Numbered from the stretch's first letter, positions 1-9,184 are shown. The stretch: 64,000 bases of DNA from an uncultured delta proteobacterium (GCA_963778115.1 CAVZSV010000004.1:128001-192000), one strand, 5' to 3'. The notes: generated from the letters alone by a model not told the origin. Numbers and translations: made by a program.

Positions 1-3
1 GGA

Positions 4-939
4 ATGGGAATTACGGGGGCTGCTAACATTTGGTACCACTCAACGCATGGCAAGAGCTTGGCCGACGCGCGCACGGAAATCAAAGACAAGGATGACGAGC
101 TAAGAAACGCCGCCAAAGAACTTCCTGGATTATTAGAAAAAGAGGAACAGGGGCTAAACCGGTTTGGGCCGTTCTATAAAATAGCAACCGATCTTATCCG
201 CGAACATCGTACTGAAATCGTGGACAATATAAAGGACCGATTCAAAGGCCGGGACAACGAGAAGAAGAAGTTAAAGCAGATCCATAGCGATGCTCAAAAC
301 TTCAATCCGCCCCCCGTCGACGCGGACGGAAAGCCCATCGGCAAAGACATCGTCAAAGATAGTGTGAAAAACGCTCTCTATGAGCAGTTCAAAACTCAAA
401 AATCGGTGGAAGGAATCATCGCCGCTATCTATTCCAAGAATCTGGGCGACCAAAGTAGCACTCTGCCCACTTACTTGAAGCAGTTTTACTATAAAGCGCT
501 ATCGAGCTTATTCCCCTTGATTTACAACCCTCAGAACGGTGGGCTGCCCATCGACGACGACATTATTAATGATCTGGTTCTTGAGACCATTGAGCGGTTG
601 CAGCCCCACGACAACGTGCAGGTGATTCCAGGACCGACGATTCCGGGGTTTAAGGCTCCAGACCAAACCCCAGTAAAAAAGGCGGTCGACCTAACAGCAC
701 CGAAGGATACCACGAGCGATGCGACTCCCCCGGCGTCACAACCCACAGCGGATGCTCCCCTTCTTCCGCCGGCCCCGGGAACGCCGGTCTCTTTGGATAG
801 CAATGCGACACCTTCGGTAAATGCCTCGGCATTCATCTCACCGCCGACTGCGTCAGAGCAGTTTAGATCTTCAATGGGAGACGTGCCGATAGGGGTTGTG
901 CAGCCCCTCGCCCCCAAATTTGCCGGCAGCTCCCAATAA
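4..939 (+). CDS. Hypothetical protein with Pro/Ala/Thr-rich C-terminal tail; probably 5'-truncated by the window edge
   Basis: Frame open from the window start; helical, charged N-terminal part and low-complexity Pro-rich C-terminus; no family motif recognised. Confidence 0.6.
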   Translation: MGITGAANIWYHSTHGKSLADARTEIKDKDDELRNAAKELPGLLEKEEQGLNRFGPFYKIATDLIREHRTEIVDNIKDRFKGRDNEKKKLKQIHSDAQNFNPPPVDADGKPIGKDIVKDSVKNALYEQFKTQKSVEGIIAAIYSKNLGDQSSTLPTYLKQFYYKALSSLFPLIYNPQNGGLPIDDDIINDLVLETIERLQPHDNVQVIPGPTIPGFKAPDQTPVKKAVDLTAPKDTTSDATPPASQPTADAPLLPPAPGTPVSLDSNATPSVNASAFISPPTASEQFRSSMGDVPIGVVQPLAPKFAGSSQ

Positions 940-992
940 ATCGACATACGTTTAATAAAACGGGTAAACGCGACTTAGGCGTAGTTCACAAA

Positions 993-1169
993 CTATCAAC
1001 AACCTGTGGATGAATGATCTATGTCGTTCTTATTGTTAGAAATAGTTTTGTTTTTCATTTGTTCCATATGGAGCAAGAGGAATTTAAGGATGCTCCGTAT
1101 TATGTGAAGTGTCTTCAATGGGTTACCACTGTGGATCGTTCTAGTCGGATCGGCGCAGAATTCGGATAA
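993..1169. promoter_or_regulatory. Degenerate DnaA boxes and a short AT-rich tract upstream of dnaA
   Basis: TGTGGATGA 1005-1013 (1 mismatch to TGTGGATAA); CTATCAACA 993-1001, TGTGGATCG 1130-1138 and TTCGGATAA 1161-1169 (2 mismatches each); T-rich tract about 1027-1063. Confidence 0.4.
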
Positions 1170-1190
1170 GGGCAGCTTTGCGCGCTGGGC

Positions 1191-2648
1191 ATGTCACTCG
1201 CTATAAAGAAGTTTTTGTATTCTATGCCCCAGCTTGATTGGAATGCCACGATAAACGCAATTCGGGAGTCTTTGCCTCAAACGCAATTCCAGAATTGGCT
1301 GAAACCTTTGACACTCGTCCGCTATGACGACACGTCTGCGGTCATTGGTGTGCCCAGTCGTTTCCACGAAGAGTGGGTAAAGAGCCACTATTCCCATCAG
1401 CTCTCCAAAGCCATTCAAGCTCAATGCGGGTCGGAACTTCAGTTGGAATTTGAAGTTCTTGTGATGGATGAAAATTTAGAAGCTTCTCTCTCAGCTCCTC
1501 CGACGACGGGAAGGCCCGCGTTACGAATCGTCGATAACCGCATCCACCAAGGAGAGCAGGGGCCCGAGAGGCAAGAAGAAAATTTACAGCGAGAGCCTTT
1601 AAGGCTTGAGCCCAATGTTCCGTCTTTCTCCCACCCGTTTTTCGAATTCGGTTTCAATCATCTGGCCTATCAGTGCGTTCAACTCCTCGTAGAAGGTAGC
1701 GTTCCGCTCAATCCCCTCGTCATTCAAGCTGGGGTGGGGATGGGTAAAACGCACCTGTTATCGGAGATCGCAAGACGTCTCAATGCCATTAACCCAGGGC
1801 TTAGGATTCGTTACACGAGTGCCGAACCCTTTACCGCTGAAATGGTAAATTCGTTTAAGACCAATACTAGCGTCGAATTCAAACGAAAATACCGCGAAGA
1901 GACTGACGTTCTTCTCTTCGATGACCTCCCCGGTCTAAGCCGCAGAATCCGCACTCAAGAGGAGCTGGTGTATTGCTTCAATGAAATCATCGGCCGTGGG
2001 GGACGGGTGGTTTTCACTAGCACTATCGCTCCGCAACGTTTCGAAGACTTCATTGACCCACTGCAATCGCGAGTGAATGCCGGAGTCTTGGCCGAAGTGA
2101 AGTTCCCCACCTTTGAGGAACGGGTGCAGATCCTCAACAAGATGGCCGAGCATAACCGGATGATAGTCGAGCCCACTATCTTGAACTCGCTGGCGGATAA
2201 GGGACAAAAGGACATCCGAGAGCTCATTGGAACTCTGCTCCGGGTTCATCTGCAGGCCAAACTTGAAAACAAACCTCTCGACACCGATTTCTTGACTCGC
2301 GAGGGTTGGGCGGTCGAGGCCAAGCGAGAGTCCATTACGATGGATGAAATCATTGGCCTAGTCGAACACAATTATGGCGTTTCTCGGATGGAGTTCACGT
2401 CCAAGTCGCGAAAGAGCGAGACCGTCTGGGCGCGGCAAGTTGCGATGTACCTGGCACGGCACTACACTTTGCTCCCGCTGGAAGAGATTGGAAAATCGTT
2501 TGGCCGAGACCACGCCACCGTGATACATGCGTTCCAGAAAGTGACGGAGACGATGGAATCGCACCCGACCCGACGATATGAAGTCGAGTTCTTGAAGCAA
2601 AAGCTTCAGTCCCGCTCTCCAAGAAACGAAGATGTACCTCTTTTATAG
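1191..2648 (+). CDS. dnaA: Chromosomal replication initiator DnaA family protein (divergent; start may be ATG 1224)
   Basis: Domain I (W..L..QFQNWLKPL), Walker A GVGMGKTHLL, Walker B LLFDD, TQEE, domain IV RQVAMYL..IGKSFGRDHATVIHA. Confidence 0.92.
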   Translation: MSLAIKKFLYSMPQLDWNATINAIRESLPQTQFQNWLKPLTLVRYDDTSAVIGVPSRFHEEWVKSHYSHQLSKAIQAQCGSELQLEFEVLVMDENLEASLSAPPTTGRPALRIVDNRIHQGEQGPERQEENLQREPLRLEPNVPSFSHPFFEFGFNHLAYQCVQLLVEGSVPLNPLVIQAGVGMGKTHLLSEIARRLNAINPGLRIRYTSAEPFTAEMVNSFKTNTSVEFKRKYREETDVLLFDDLPGLSRRIRTQEELVYCFNEIIGRGGRVVFTSTIAPQRFEDFIDPLQSRVNAGVLAEVKFPTFEERVQILNKMAEHNRMIVEPTILNSLADKGQKDIRELIGTLLRVHLQAKLENKPLDTDFLTREGWAVEAKRESITMDEIIGLVEHNYGVSRMEFTSKSRKSETVWARQVAMYLARHYTLLPLEEIGKSFGRDHATVIHAFQKVTETMESHPTRRYEVEFLKQKLQSRSPRNEDVPLL

Positions 2649-3063
2649 AATCGTCCTGGCCGTTCACATTATCGCCGTAATCTCCTGGATGGCGGGCCTT
2701 CTTTATATCTTTCGCCTCTATGTCTACCACGCCATGGAGACTGAAATCGTGGTTAAGGAACGCTTCAAAGTGATGGAACGCAAACTCTTTAATATCATCA
2801 CGCTGCCCGCGAGCCTGGTTGCTCTGCTAATGGGGGTTCTGATGCTGGGACTAAACCCGGAACTTCTTCACGCCCATTGGATGCACGCGAAACTTTTCTT
2901 TGTCGTTCTGCTGTTGGGGGTCACCCATTACGCGGGAGCTCTGCTGCGGGAGTTTAGAGACGGGAAAGTGACGCGGAGTCATAAGTTTTTTAGGGTGATG
3001 AATGAGGTACCGACGCTACTGATGATCATTATCGTGGTTTTGGTGATTGTACGGCCGTTTTAA
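2632..3063 (+). CDS. hemJ: Protoporphyrinogen oxidase HemJ
   Basis: HIIAVISWMAGLLYIFRLYVYH, MERKL, WMHAKL and NEVPT motifs; four TM helices; overlaps the dnaA stop by 17 nt. Confidence 0.92.
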   Translation: MYLFYRIVLAVHIIAVISWMAGLLYIFRLYVYHAMETEIVVKERFKVMERKLFNIITLPASLVALLMGVLMLGLNPELLHAHWMHAKLFFVVLLLGVTHYAGALLREFRDGKVTRSHKFFRVMNEVPTLLMIIIVVLVIVRPF

Positions 3064-3074
3064 GATCCTTTTCT

Positions 3075-3166
3075 GTCATTACGAGGAGCGAAGCGACGTG
3101 GCAACCCGTAACGGTCTTGGCTAAAGTCCTTCCTAGGGCGCCCAAAGTAGCACTTCGTTGGGTTGC
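3075..3166. repeat. REP/RPE-like palindromic element (partly degenerate)
   Basis: GTCATTACGAGGAGCGAAGCGACGTGGCAACCC at 3075-3107 resembles the recalled GTCATTGCGAGGAGCGAAGCGACGTGGCAATC REP arm; GCAACCC (3101-3107) can pair with GGGTTGC (3160-3166). Confidence 0.6.
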
Positions 3167-3199
3167 TTTTTCCCCCCAAGAAAACCATAATGCCGGCCT

Positions 3200-4510
3200 A
3201 TGGGAGAAAAAATCACCGAAAAGAGCCAAATCGAGCTCGATTTCTTTGCCGCCGTACCGCAACCCGTGACGGCGCCTATCTCCGAAGAAAAGCTCGTCGA
3301 TTGGCGGACGAAGGTCCCCTCGGTCTCCCAAGTCACCCGCCGGATACGGGGCCATATCGAAAATAGTTTTTTCGACGTCTGGGTCAAAGGCGAAATCAGT
3401 AACTTCAAGCGCGCCCCCTCCGGACATGCCTATTTTATTTTGAAAGATGCTACGGCCCAGTTGCGATCGGTCATGTTTCGAAGTCAGCTCTCTAAAATAA
3501 AGTTCGAAATCAAAGATGGTATGGAGATCCTGCTCCACGGAAAGATTACCGTCTATGAAGCGCGTGGCGAGTACCAGATGGATTGCGACACGATGGAGCC
3601 TGTGGGGGTCGGTGCGCTTCAGCTCGCGTTCGAACAGCTCAAACAAAAGCTTTTCAAGGAAGGTCTCTTTGACCCGCAACATAAAAAGAAACTTCCCTTT
3701 CTCCCCAAGCGCATCGGGATCATCACTTCAGCGACCGGAGCTGCCGTAAAAGATATTTTGAAAGTTCTGGTGCGCCGCTATCCCAATAGAGACATTTTGG
3801 TTATCCCGACCAGTGTTCAAGGAGAGAAAGCGACTTCAGAAATTGTAGCAGCTCTACAGACCGCCCAGCGCTGGAACGAAATTAATATAGATAGGGCTCT
3901 CGATGTCATCATCTTAGGCCGTGGCGGGGGCTCTATCGAAGACCTGTGGTGCTTTAATGAAGAAGCGGTTGCTAGAGCGGTCCATCGTTGTACGATTCCT
4001 ATCATCTCGGCCGTGGGGCATGAGATCGATACGACTATCTGCGACTTTGTAGCCGATGTAAGAGCCCCAACCCCTTCGGCTGCCGCAGAAATGGTTATCC
4101 CTACCAAAGACGAGCTTATCCAATTAGTGGAACACCAGACGATTCGTCTGGGGCATCTGATGGAGAGAAGGCTCCAGCAGTTGCGCCTTCATTTGGGCCA
4201 TCTCTCACAACGATTGATGGATCCTAGGCAAAAGATCAAAAAGTTGCACAAAGACTTTGTCGACCTGCAAGCCAGACTTTGGTCCACGCTAAAAACACAG
4301 ATCCTATTTTCTAGAAGGCGAGCCGAAAACGCGATTCAGCTTCTTAACTCACTCTCCCCGCTTCAGGTCATTGGACGAGGCTACTCCTTAACGCAAAGTA
4401 ATAACGGAGCTATCGTGCGTAGTCTAAAAGAGGTGAAACCCGGAGATGTCTTACAAACCCGGGTCGCCGACGGAACCATCCTCTCCCGCGTCGAAAAGCC
4501 CACCGCCTAA
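3200..4510 (+). CDS. xseA: Exodeoxyribonuclease VII large subunit
   Basis: VWVKGEISNF, SGHAYFILKD, RGGGSIEDLWCFNEE, SAVGHEID and RAPTPSAAAE motifs. Confidence 0.97.
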   Translation: MGEKITEKSQIELDFFAAVPQPVTAPISEEKLVDWRTKVPSVSQVTRRIRGHIENSFFDVWVKGEISNFKRAPSGHAYFILKDATAQLRSVMFRSQLSKIKFEIKDGMEILLHGKITVYEARGEYQMDCDTMEPVGVGALQLAFEQLKQKLFKEGLFDPQHKKKLPFLPKRIGIITSATGAAVKDILKVLVRRYPNRDILVIPTSVQGEKATSEIVAALQTAQRWNEINIDRALDVIILGRGGGSIEDLWCFNEEAVARAVHRCTIPIISAVGHEIDTTICDFVADVRAPTPSAAAEMVIPTKDELIQLVEHQTIRLGHLMERRLQQLRLHLGHLSQRLMDPRQKIKKLHKDFVDLQARLWSTLKTQILFSRRRAENAIQLLNSLSPLQVIGRGYSLTQSNNGAIVRSLKEVKPGDVLQTRVADGTILSRVEKPTA

Positions 4511-4593
4511 AACACCGCGTCATCGATAGGTGTTTGGGATTGCCGACTCAGGGTTTAAAATGGAAAGACACCTGCCTTTTTCGGAAAAACAAC

Positions 4594-5349
4594 ATGAACC
4601 CCTCTCTCACAGCACAGAGCAATCGACTTCCCGCAAGCCATGTCTCGGCTCTGCAAAACATTGAGAACGGCTATTGGTGGTTTGAGGGACGAGTCTTTTG
4701 GGCAAGCCAGATGGCTTGCCTTCAAGTGCAAAGTCCCCAGCCGTATATGGACTTAGGCTGCGGCACGGGCGGCTTTGCCGCGTCTTTCATGAAAAACGTA
4801 CCCGTTACCAAAGCGGCTCTGATCGATGGAGATGACAAGCTTCTTAAGATCGCTAACAAAGTTTCGGGTGCCGAGATTCATCAAATGGATCTCACCAAAC
4901 CCTTTACCCTTCCCTGGACACCCTCAGTCGTAACCTGCATGGACGTCATCGAACATTTACCCAACGATACTTGGTTTCTGACCGAGTTAGGAAAGCAGAT
5001 GCACAAGGATGGGATTTTAATCGTTTCGGTCCCAGCGTTGCCAGCACTTTTTTCGGAATGGGACAGGCAACTGGGCCATTTCCGTCGCTACACGGCACCC
5101 AGCTTACGTAAGGCGATTGTGGATTCGGGATTTGAAATTCTGCGTCTTAATTATTTTTGGTCGTTCCTAACCCCTGCCGCCGTCTGGCGAAAGTTTAGAC
5201 CGGTCGATCCGGAGTCGCTTGAGTTCGATGTGGTAAATGCTTTCACCAACGGGGTTTTAAAAACGCTTTCTCGAATGGAATGGACAGCGGCGAAGTGGAT
5301 TTCGCCGCCGCTAGGAACCTCTTTGATGGCGATGGCGAGAAAAAAATGA
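4594..5349 (+). CDS. Class I SAM-dependent methyltransferase
   Basis: YWWF, DLGCGTG motif I, DVIEH, SVPA..LFSEWD..GHFRRY; ATG 4594 chosen as start; ATGA overlap with the downstream GT2 gene. Confidence 0.85.
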   Translation: MNPSLTAQSNRLPASHVSALQNIENGYWWFEGRVFWASQMACLQVQSPQPYMDLGCGTGGFAASFMKNVPVTKAALIDGDDKLLKIANKVSGAEIHQMDLTKPFTLPWTPSVVTCMDVIEHLPNDTWFLTELGKQMHKDGILIVSVPALPALFSEWDRQLGHFRRYTAPSLRKAIVDSGFEILRLNYFWSFLTPAAVWRKFRPVDPESLEFDVVNAFTNGVLKTLSRMEWTAAKWISPPLGTSLMAMARKK

Positions 5350-6323
5350 AAACTACTCCCAAACCTCATATCGAAATCGTTTTGCCTGTCTTTAACGAAG
5401 TGCAAAATATCCAACCTCTGGTCAAACAACTGGATGCGGTTGCCGTTCAGCTAAAAACATTTGCCACCTTAAGTTATCTTTTTATCAACGACGGTTCGCA
5501 AGACGGTTCGGCGGAACTTCTCTATCGAATGTACCGCGAACGCGATGATATTCGCGTCGTCCACTTAGTCCATAACTTTGGTCATGCTTCGGCACTCACC
5601 GCAGGACTCGACCACTTCGAAGGCGATATCGCGGTATTCATGGACGCCGATCTGCAAGACGCTCCCACGGCACTCATGGACATGTTCTTACAGTGGCAAA
5701 AGGGGAAAAAGACGGTAGTCGCCGAGAGAGGCGAACGCAAAGAAAAGAATAAAGTTCTCTTTAAACTTTTCTACTTTCTGCTCCACCAATCAGCTAGGAC
5801 TCTTCCCCCCATCAATTTTGGAACCCACTGCCTCTTAGACAAATCGGTGATTGCTCGAATGCGTCAGCTAAAAGAGCGTAACCGCTATTTCCCGGGTTTG
5901 GTTAGCTTTAGTTCTGGAGAAATCACTCCTATTGAAATCGATAGAGGAGCCCGGCAACACGGCAAATCTCGCGTGGGTTTGGCGGGGCTGATTAACTTAG
6001 CCCTGACGGCGTTAGTCAGCTTTTCCAGTGCCCCCGTGAAAATGGTCTCCTTCTTGGGCATCATGGCCTCGGGTGGCTCTTTGATGGCAGGCGTAGTCTT
6101 CGTCGGCATCCGTATCTTTACGACCCGAGCCATCCCCGGTTGGGCCTCTATGATGACGGCCATGGCCTTTGGCTTTGGCCTGCAATTACTCTGCTTAGGT
6201 ATTATCGGAGAGTACATCGCCCGCATCTATGACGAGGTCAAACAACGCCCCCTCTATCTAGTAGATAAAATCCTGACCAAGCGAGCAACCGGCCAGAAAA
6301 AGCCCGCCTCCGAAGTCGCCTAA
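5346..6323 (+). CDS. Glycosyltransferase family 2 (GtrB/DPM1-like polyprenol-phosphate glycosyltransferase)
   Basis: PVFNE, NDGSQD, NFGH, MDADLQD, two C-terminal TM helices, GEYIARIYDEVKQRP. Confidence 0.92.
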   Translation: MKTTPKPHIEIVLPVFNEVQNIQPLVKQLDAVAVQLKTFATLSYLFINDGSQDGSAELLYRMYRERDDIRVVHLVHNFGHASALTAGLDHFEGDIAVFMDADLQDAPTALMDMFLQWQKGKKTVVAERGERKEKNKVLFKLFYFLLHQSARTLPPINFGTHCLLDKSVIARMRQLKERNRYFPGLVSFSSGEITPIEIDRGARQHGKSRVGLAGLINLALTALVSFSSAPVKMVSFLGIMASGGSLMAGVVFVGIRIFTTRAIPGWASMMTAMAFGFGLQLLCLGIIGEYIARIYDEVKQRPLYLVDKILTKRATGQKKPASEVA

Positions 6324-6371
6324 ATCGGCTCGACAAATAACCAAGGCTACGCTAGAAAGTTGTAATCTTTC

Positions 6372-6444
6372 GCTGACGTAGCTCAGTCGGTAGAGCAGCT
6401 CATTCGTAATGAGCAGGTCACCGGTTCAAGTCCGGTCGTCAGCT
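6372..6444 (+). tRNA. tRNA-Thr (anticodon CGT); CCA not encoded
   Basis: Acceptor stem GCTGACG/CGTCAGC, D arm GCTC-AGTCGGTA-GAGC, anticodon arm GCTCA-TTCGTAA-TGAGC, T arm ACCGG-TTCAAGT-CCGGT. Confidence 0.96.
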
Positions 6445-6569
6445 AAATTTTCTGCCCCCGTAAGAGAGTCCTTCCGCCAGAAGCTCATAATAAGAAGCTA
6501 ATAAAAAGTATCCCGAATTGACTCGCCTTCACCCAATTTGCTACAGACAAGACCCGAAGGGAGAACCGA

Positions 6570-8219
6570 GTGAAGAAGCTGTATTTGCCCCTGCTCCTGC
6601 TGATACTTTCCGTACGGTCTCATGCCTACATTCAATTGGAGGTAAATCCCGGCCATTGGGGGATGTTAGTAGAGGAAGAAGGTTCGCTTAGTTATTTAGA
6701 CTGCGGCTCGAGGCAACTTGCCGTCGAGGAAATGGAAGCGCTTTCTCCGACCGAAGTTGTCTTTGGCTGCCTTTTGAATAGCCGCTATCGAATCAATAGT
6801 GCTGACTACCGGCTCTGGACGGCGGCTCATTATAAAGTTCCCACCCTGATTGACAGAGGTAAGTGGTCGCTCCTTGGTCCTGAACTCCAAAGACGCATCG
6901 ACCTCTCGAGAGCCAAGAAAGAAGCGAACCCTACTCTCGATTCTCAGAAATTAAAAACTCTGCTTCATTTGGAAAACGTGCTTTTTCGGTATTTGGGGAG
7001 TTTAGAGTCCATTACCCTGACCCAAGAAAAGGCGTTCCCCGAAGTTTATGCCGCCGTCTCCGGATTGGTGCCCACCTTTTCCGACGGAAAAGTGGCACTC
7101 AAGCTAGCGAGACTCAATTCAACCTTTAAATCTAATGGCGAGTGGAAGGGCTGTCCTAAAAACTGGGCTCCGGCTTCGTTATATTCCTTATTAAAGATTC
7201 TCACTAGGGACGAAGTAGAGTCTTTTCTGCAATGGCTTGAGATCGCTGCGAAACAGCAAAACGTAAAGGTGCCCACTTCACTCTTTACCTGGCAGAAATG
7301 GATACAGCCCAAGAAAATAACTTATGCCACGACGAGCTGTATTCGAAAGGATTTTCTCTTTGAACTGAAGCTGGATCAGTTAAGAAATAACCCGCATTCC
7401 GCTTCGGTACTCACTTTAGCCACCAATCCCTCCACACTTAGTGGCTTTGGTTCTTTATTTGAACTAACCTCCCCTTCGTCGACCCAATCGTTTCTGGGAC
7501 TTTGCCTTCGAAGAGAGTTCCCTGTGTCTCACAGCACGGAGGATACCGATAAGGTTCTCTCCCAAATCGCAAGTTCCTTCAGAATCTCCCCAAAGATACT
7601 CCACCAGCTTCTTTTGACTGACGAGGGGATGGAACGGCACCTCGGCGAAACGAACGAAGTACGCAGCTGGCTGAGCGCCAATCTGCATCCCGACCTCGCG
7701 GATTATGAGCAATTGGCTCTACCTTTAGCCAAAATGGATGGGGAGGCACAACGCAACATCGAAGCGACTAGACTTCATCAAGGAGGGAGTCGGCATTGGC
7801 TTCGGGTCTGTAACCGAACTCGCGGGACGCTTTATGCCTCTTTCGGCTTTGAACTAGACCAACCCTACGGCTGGACCACCTATTCCTGGATAGCCATTGG
7901 TAAGAACGAATGTCCCGTCTTGAACATGGGAGAAGACGAATTTTTCTATACCTATTTTCAGTCGGAAAATAACGCGTCTCTAAACATAAGCGGCAGTCCC
8001 GCTTTAACTGAGGGCGATCGCCCGGATAGGTTTGCTAACAGCGCGCAGATCACAAACTTAGTTGCCGGTGGGAAGACCAAAGCGATATCCCAGGCAATTT
8101 TTCGAAGCCCCGATAGCGACTCGGGAACCATCCAAACCCCTTTCAGACTAAGATCATGGCAAAACGAGAGAGGAACGCAAGCGGACCCCGGGGTCCTCGA
8201 AGTGAGTGGGGCTAATTAA
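6570..8219 (+). CDS. Secreted hypothetical protein with DUF1036-like C-terminal segment
   Basis: GTG start with GGGAG RBS; signal peptide ending SHA; LRVCNRT..LYASFG..GWTTYSW..I.KNEC resembles the DUF1036 pattern. Confidence 0.6.
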   Translation: MKKLYLPLLLLILSVRSHAYIQLEVNPGHWGMLVEEEGSLSYLDCGSRQLAVEEMEALSPTEVVFGCLLNSRYRINSADYRLWTAAHYKVPTLIDRGKWSLLGPELQRRIDLSRAKKEANPTLDSQKLKTLLHLENVLFRYLGSLESITLTQEKAFPEVYAAVSGLVPTFSDGKVALKLARLNSTFKSNGEWKGCPKNWAPASLYSLLKILTRDEVESFLQWLEIAAKQQNVKVPTSLFTWQKWIQPKKITYATTSCIRKDFLFELKLDQLRNNPHSASVLTLATNPSTLSGFGSLFELTSPSSTQSFLGLCLRREFPVSHSTEDTDKVLSQIASSFRISPKILHQLLLTDEGMERHLGETNEVRSWLSANLHPDLADYEQLALPLAKMDGEAQRNIEATRLHQGGSRHWLRVCNRTRGTLYASFGFELDQPYGWTTYSWIAIGKNECPVLNMGEDEFFYTYFQSENNASLNISGSPALTEGDRPDRFANSAQITNLVAGGKTKAISQAIFRSPDSDSGTIQTPFRLRSWQNERGTQADPGVLEVSGAN

Positions 8220-8234
8220 TCCTGTCGAACTCTC

Positions 8235-8308
8235 GGTGCCCGTCGACTTTCAGGACCTTTTTGTTCTAGATCCCAATGCCCGGTAAGTCCCAAAAGTCGA
8301 CGGGCACC
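8235..8308. repeat. 16-bp perfect inverted repeat with a 42-nt spacer
   Basis: GGTGCCCGTCGACTTT (8235-8250) / AAAGTCGACGGGCACC (8293-8308); inner GGAC/GTCC pairing extends the stem. Confidence 0.85.
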
Positions 8309-8431
8309 TTTCCGCCTTTCCGGAAGGCCAAGCGGGAAGCGACTCGACGAAGCAATCTCATTGCAGGGGGGGATCATTTTAGAGCAGTAGCTCCATTTTC
8401 TAGATTATAATTAGAAATAAAGGAAACCCTC

Positions 8432-9184
8432 ATGCGCTCTCCGCTAATTCTTCTTTTGGCTCTCCTAGCCCTTTCACAAACAGCCAAAGCCGCGGGACCT
8501 CACGATCCAAGGCCGCCTCAGGACTTAAAAGATAACACCCCCGCTACCCAACGTAGTCCCGCCCCCGGGGAAAATTGTGTCCGTAAAAGTTGCAGTGCTG
8601 AGGAATGGAAAGAGTATATCGAAGGCAAAGTGACGGAAGCGGAAAAATGCCAACGGTGTGAAGCTATCAAACTTATCGAAAAAACCGGTATGACCATGAA
8701 TAGTTTCATGGACTTCTATACCGAGGCGAGATCCAAGGAGTTGAAACCAAAAAATTTAGAAGCGGTGATAAAGACCTGTGCCACCGAAGCTTCCACCGCC
8801 ACCAAATTAAATTGCCTTCGACAGAAGGTTCAGATCTATCTCAAAGACGAAAACAATATCCCTGATTGCCAGCTTAAGAAAGAAAAGACTGAGGGGGCCG
8901 AATGCGAAACCCATTCCCATACCTTCGTGCACGCGGCCAAAGAACTTTTCAAAGCGGATCCCTCTTTAAGCTTCAAAGTGAGGGCCATCAATCTTTACCA
9001 TGCCGTCCCCGAATTAACCTACGTTGACCCCAAGACCGGCAAAGAATATGTCTATTTTCTGGAAGCAAGTTATGACCGGGGGGAATTTACCGATTTGATG
9101 CCTTCAAACGCCACTGCCAAGAATGAACCTTTGCCCGATAAGTTTCTAAACGCTCCCGCCGCGAAATCAGAGGAAACCAAATGA
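8432..9184 (+). CDS. Secreted Cys-rich hypothetical protein, possible transglutaminase/papain-like fold
   Basis: AAGGA RBS; signal peptide ending AKA; GAEC...YHAVPEL...YFLE spacing resembles a Cys-His-acid triad. Confidence 0.6.
   Translation: MRSPLILLLALLALSQTAKAAGPHDPRPPQDLKDNTPATQRSPAPGENCVRKSCSAEEWKEYIEGKVTEAEKCQRCEAIKLIEKTGMTMNSFMDFYTEARSKELKPKNLEAVIKTCATEASTATKLNCLRQKVQIYLKDENNIPDCQLKKEKTEGAECETHSHTFVHAAKELFKADPSLSFKVRAINLYHAVPELTYVDPKTGKEYVYFLEASYDRGEFTDLMPSNATAKNEPLPDKFLNAPAAKSEETK

Noticed and set aside
940..1190. Firm oriC call
   Set aside because: No perfect DnaA boxes, no dnaN context, and GC skew cannot be computed here
4510..4535. Terminator after xseA, and an expected xseB
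   Set aside because: Only a 7-bp stem with a 12-nt loop; no xseB ORF follows, and unlinked xseB is common
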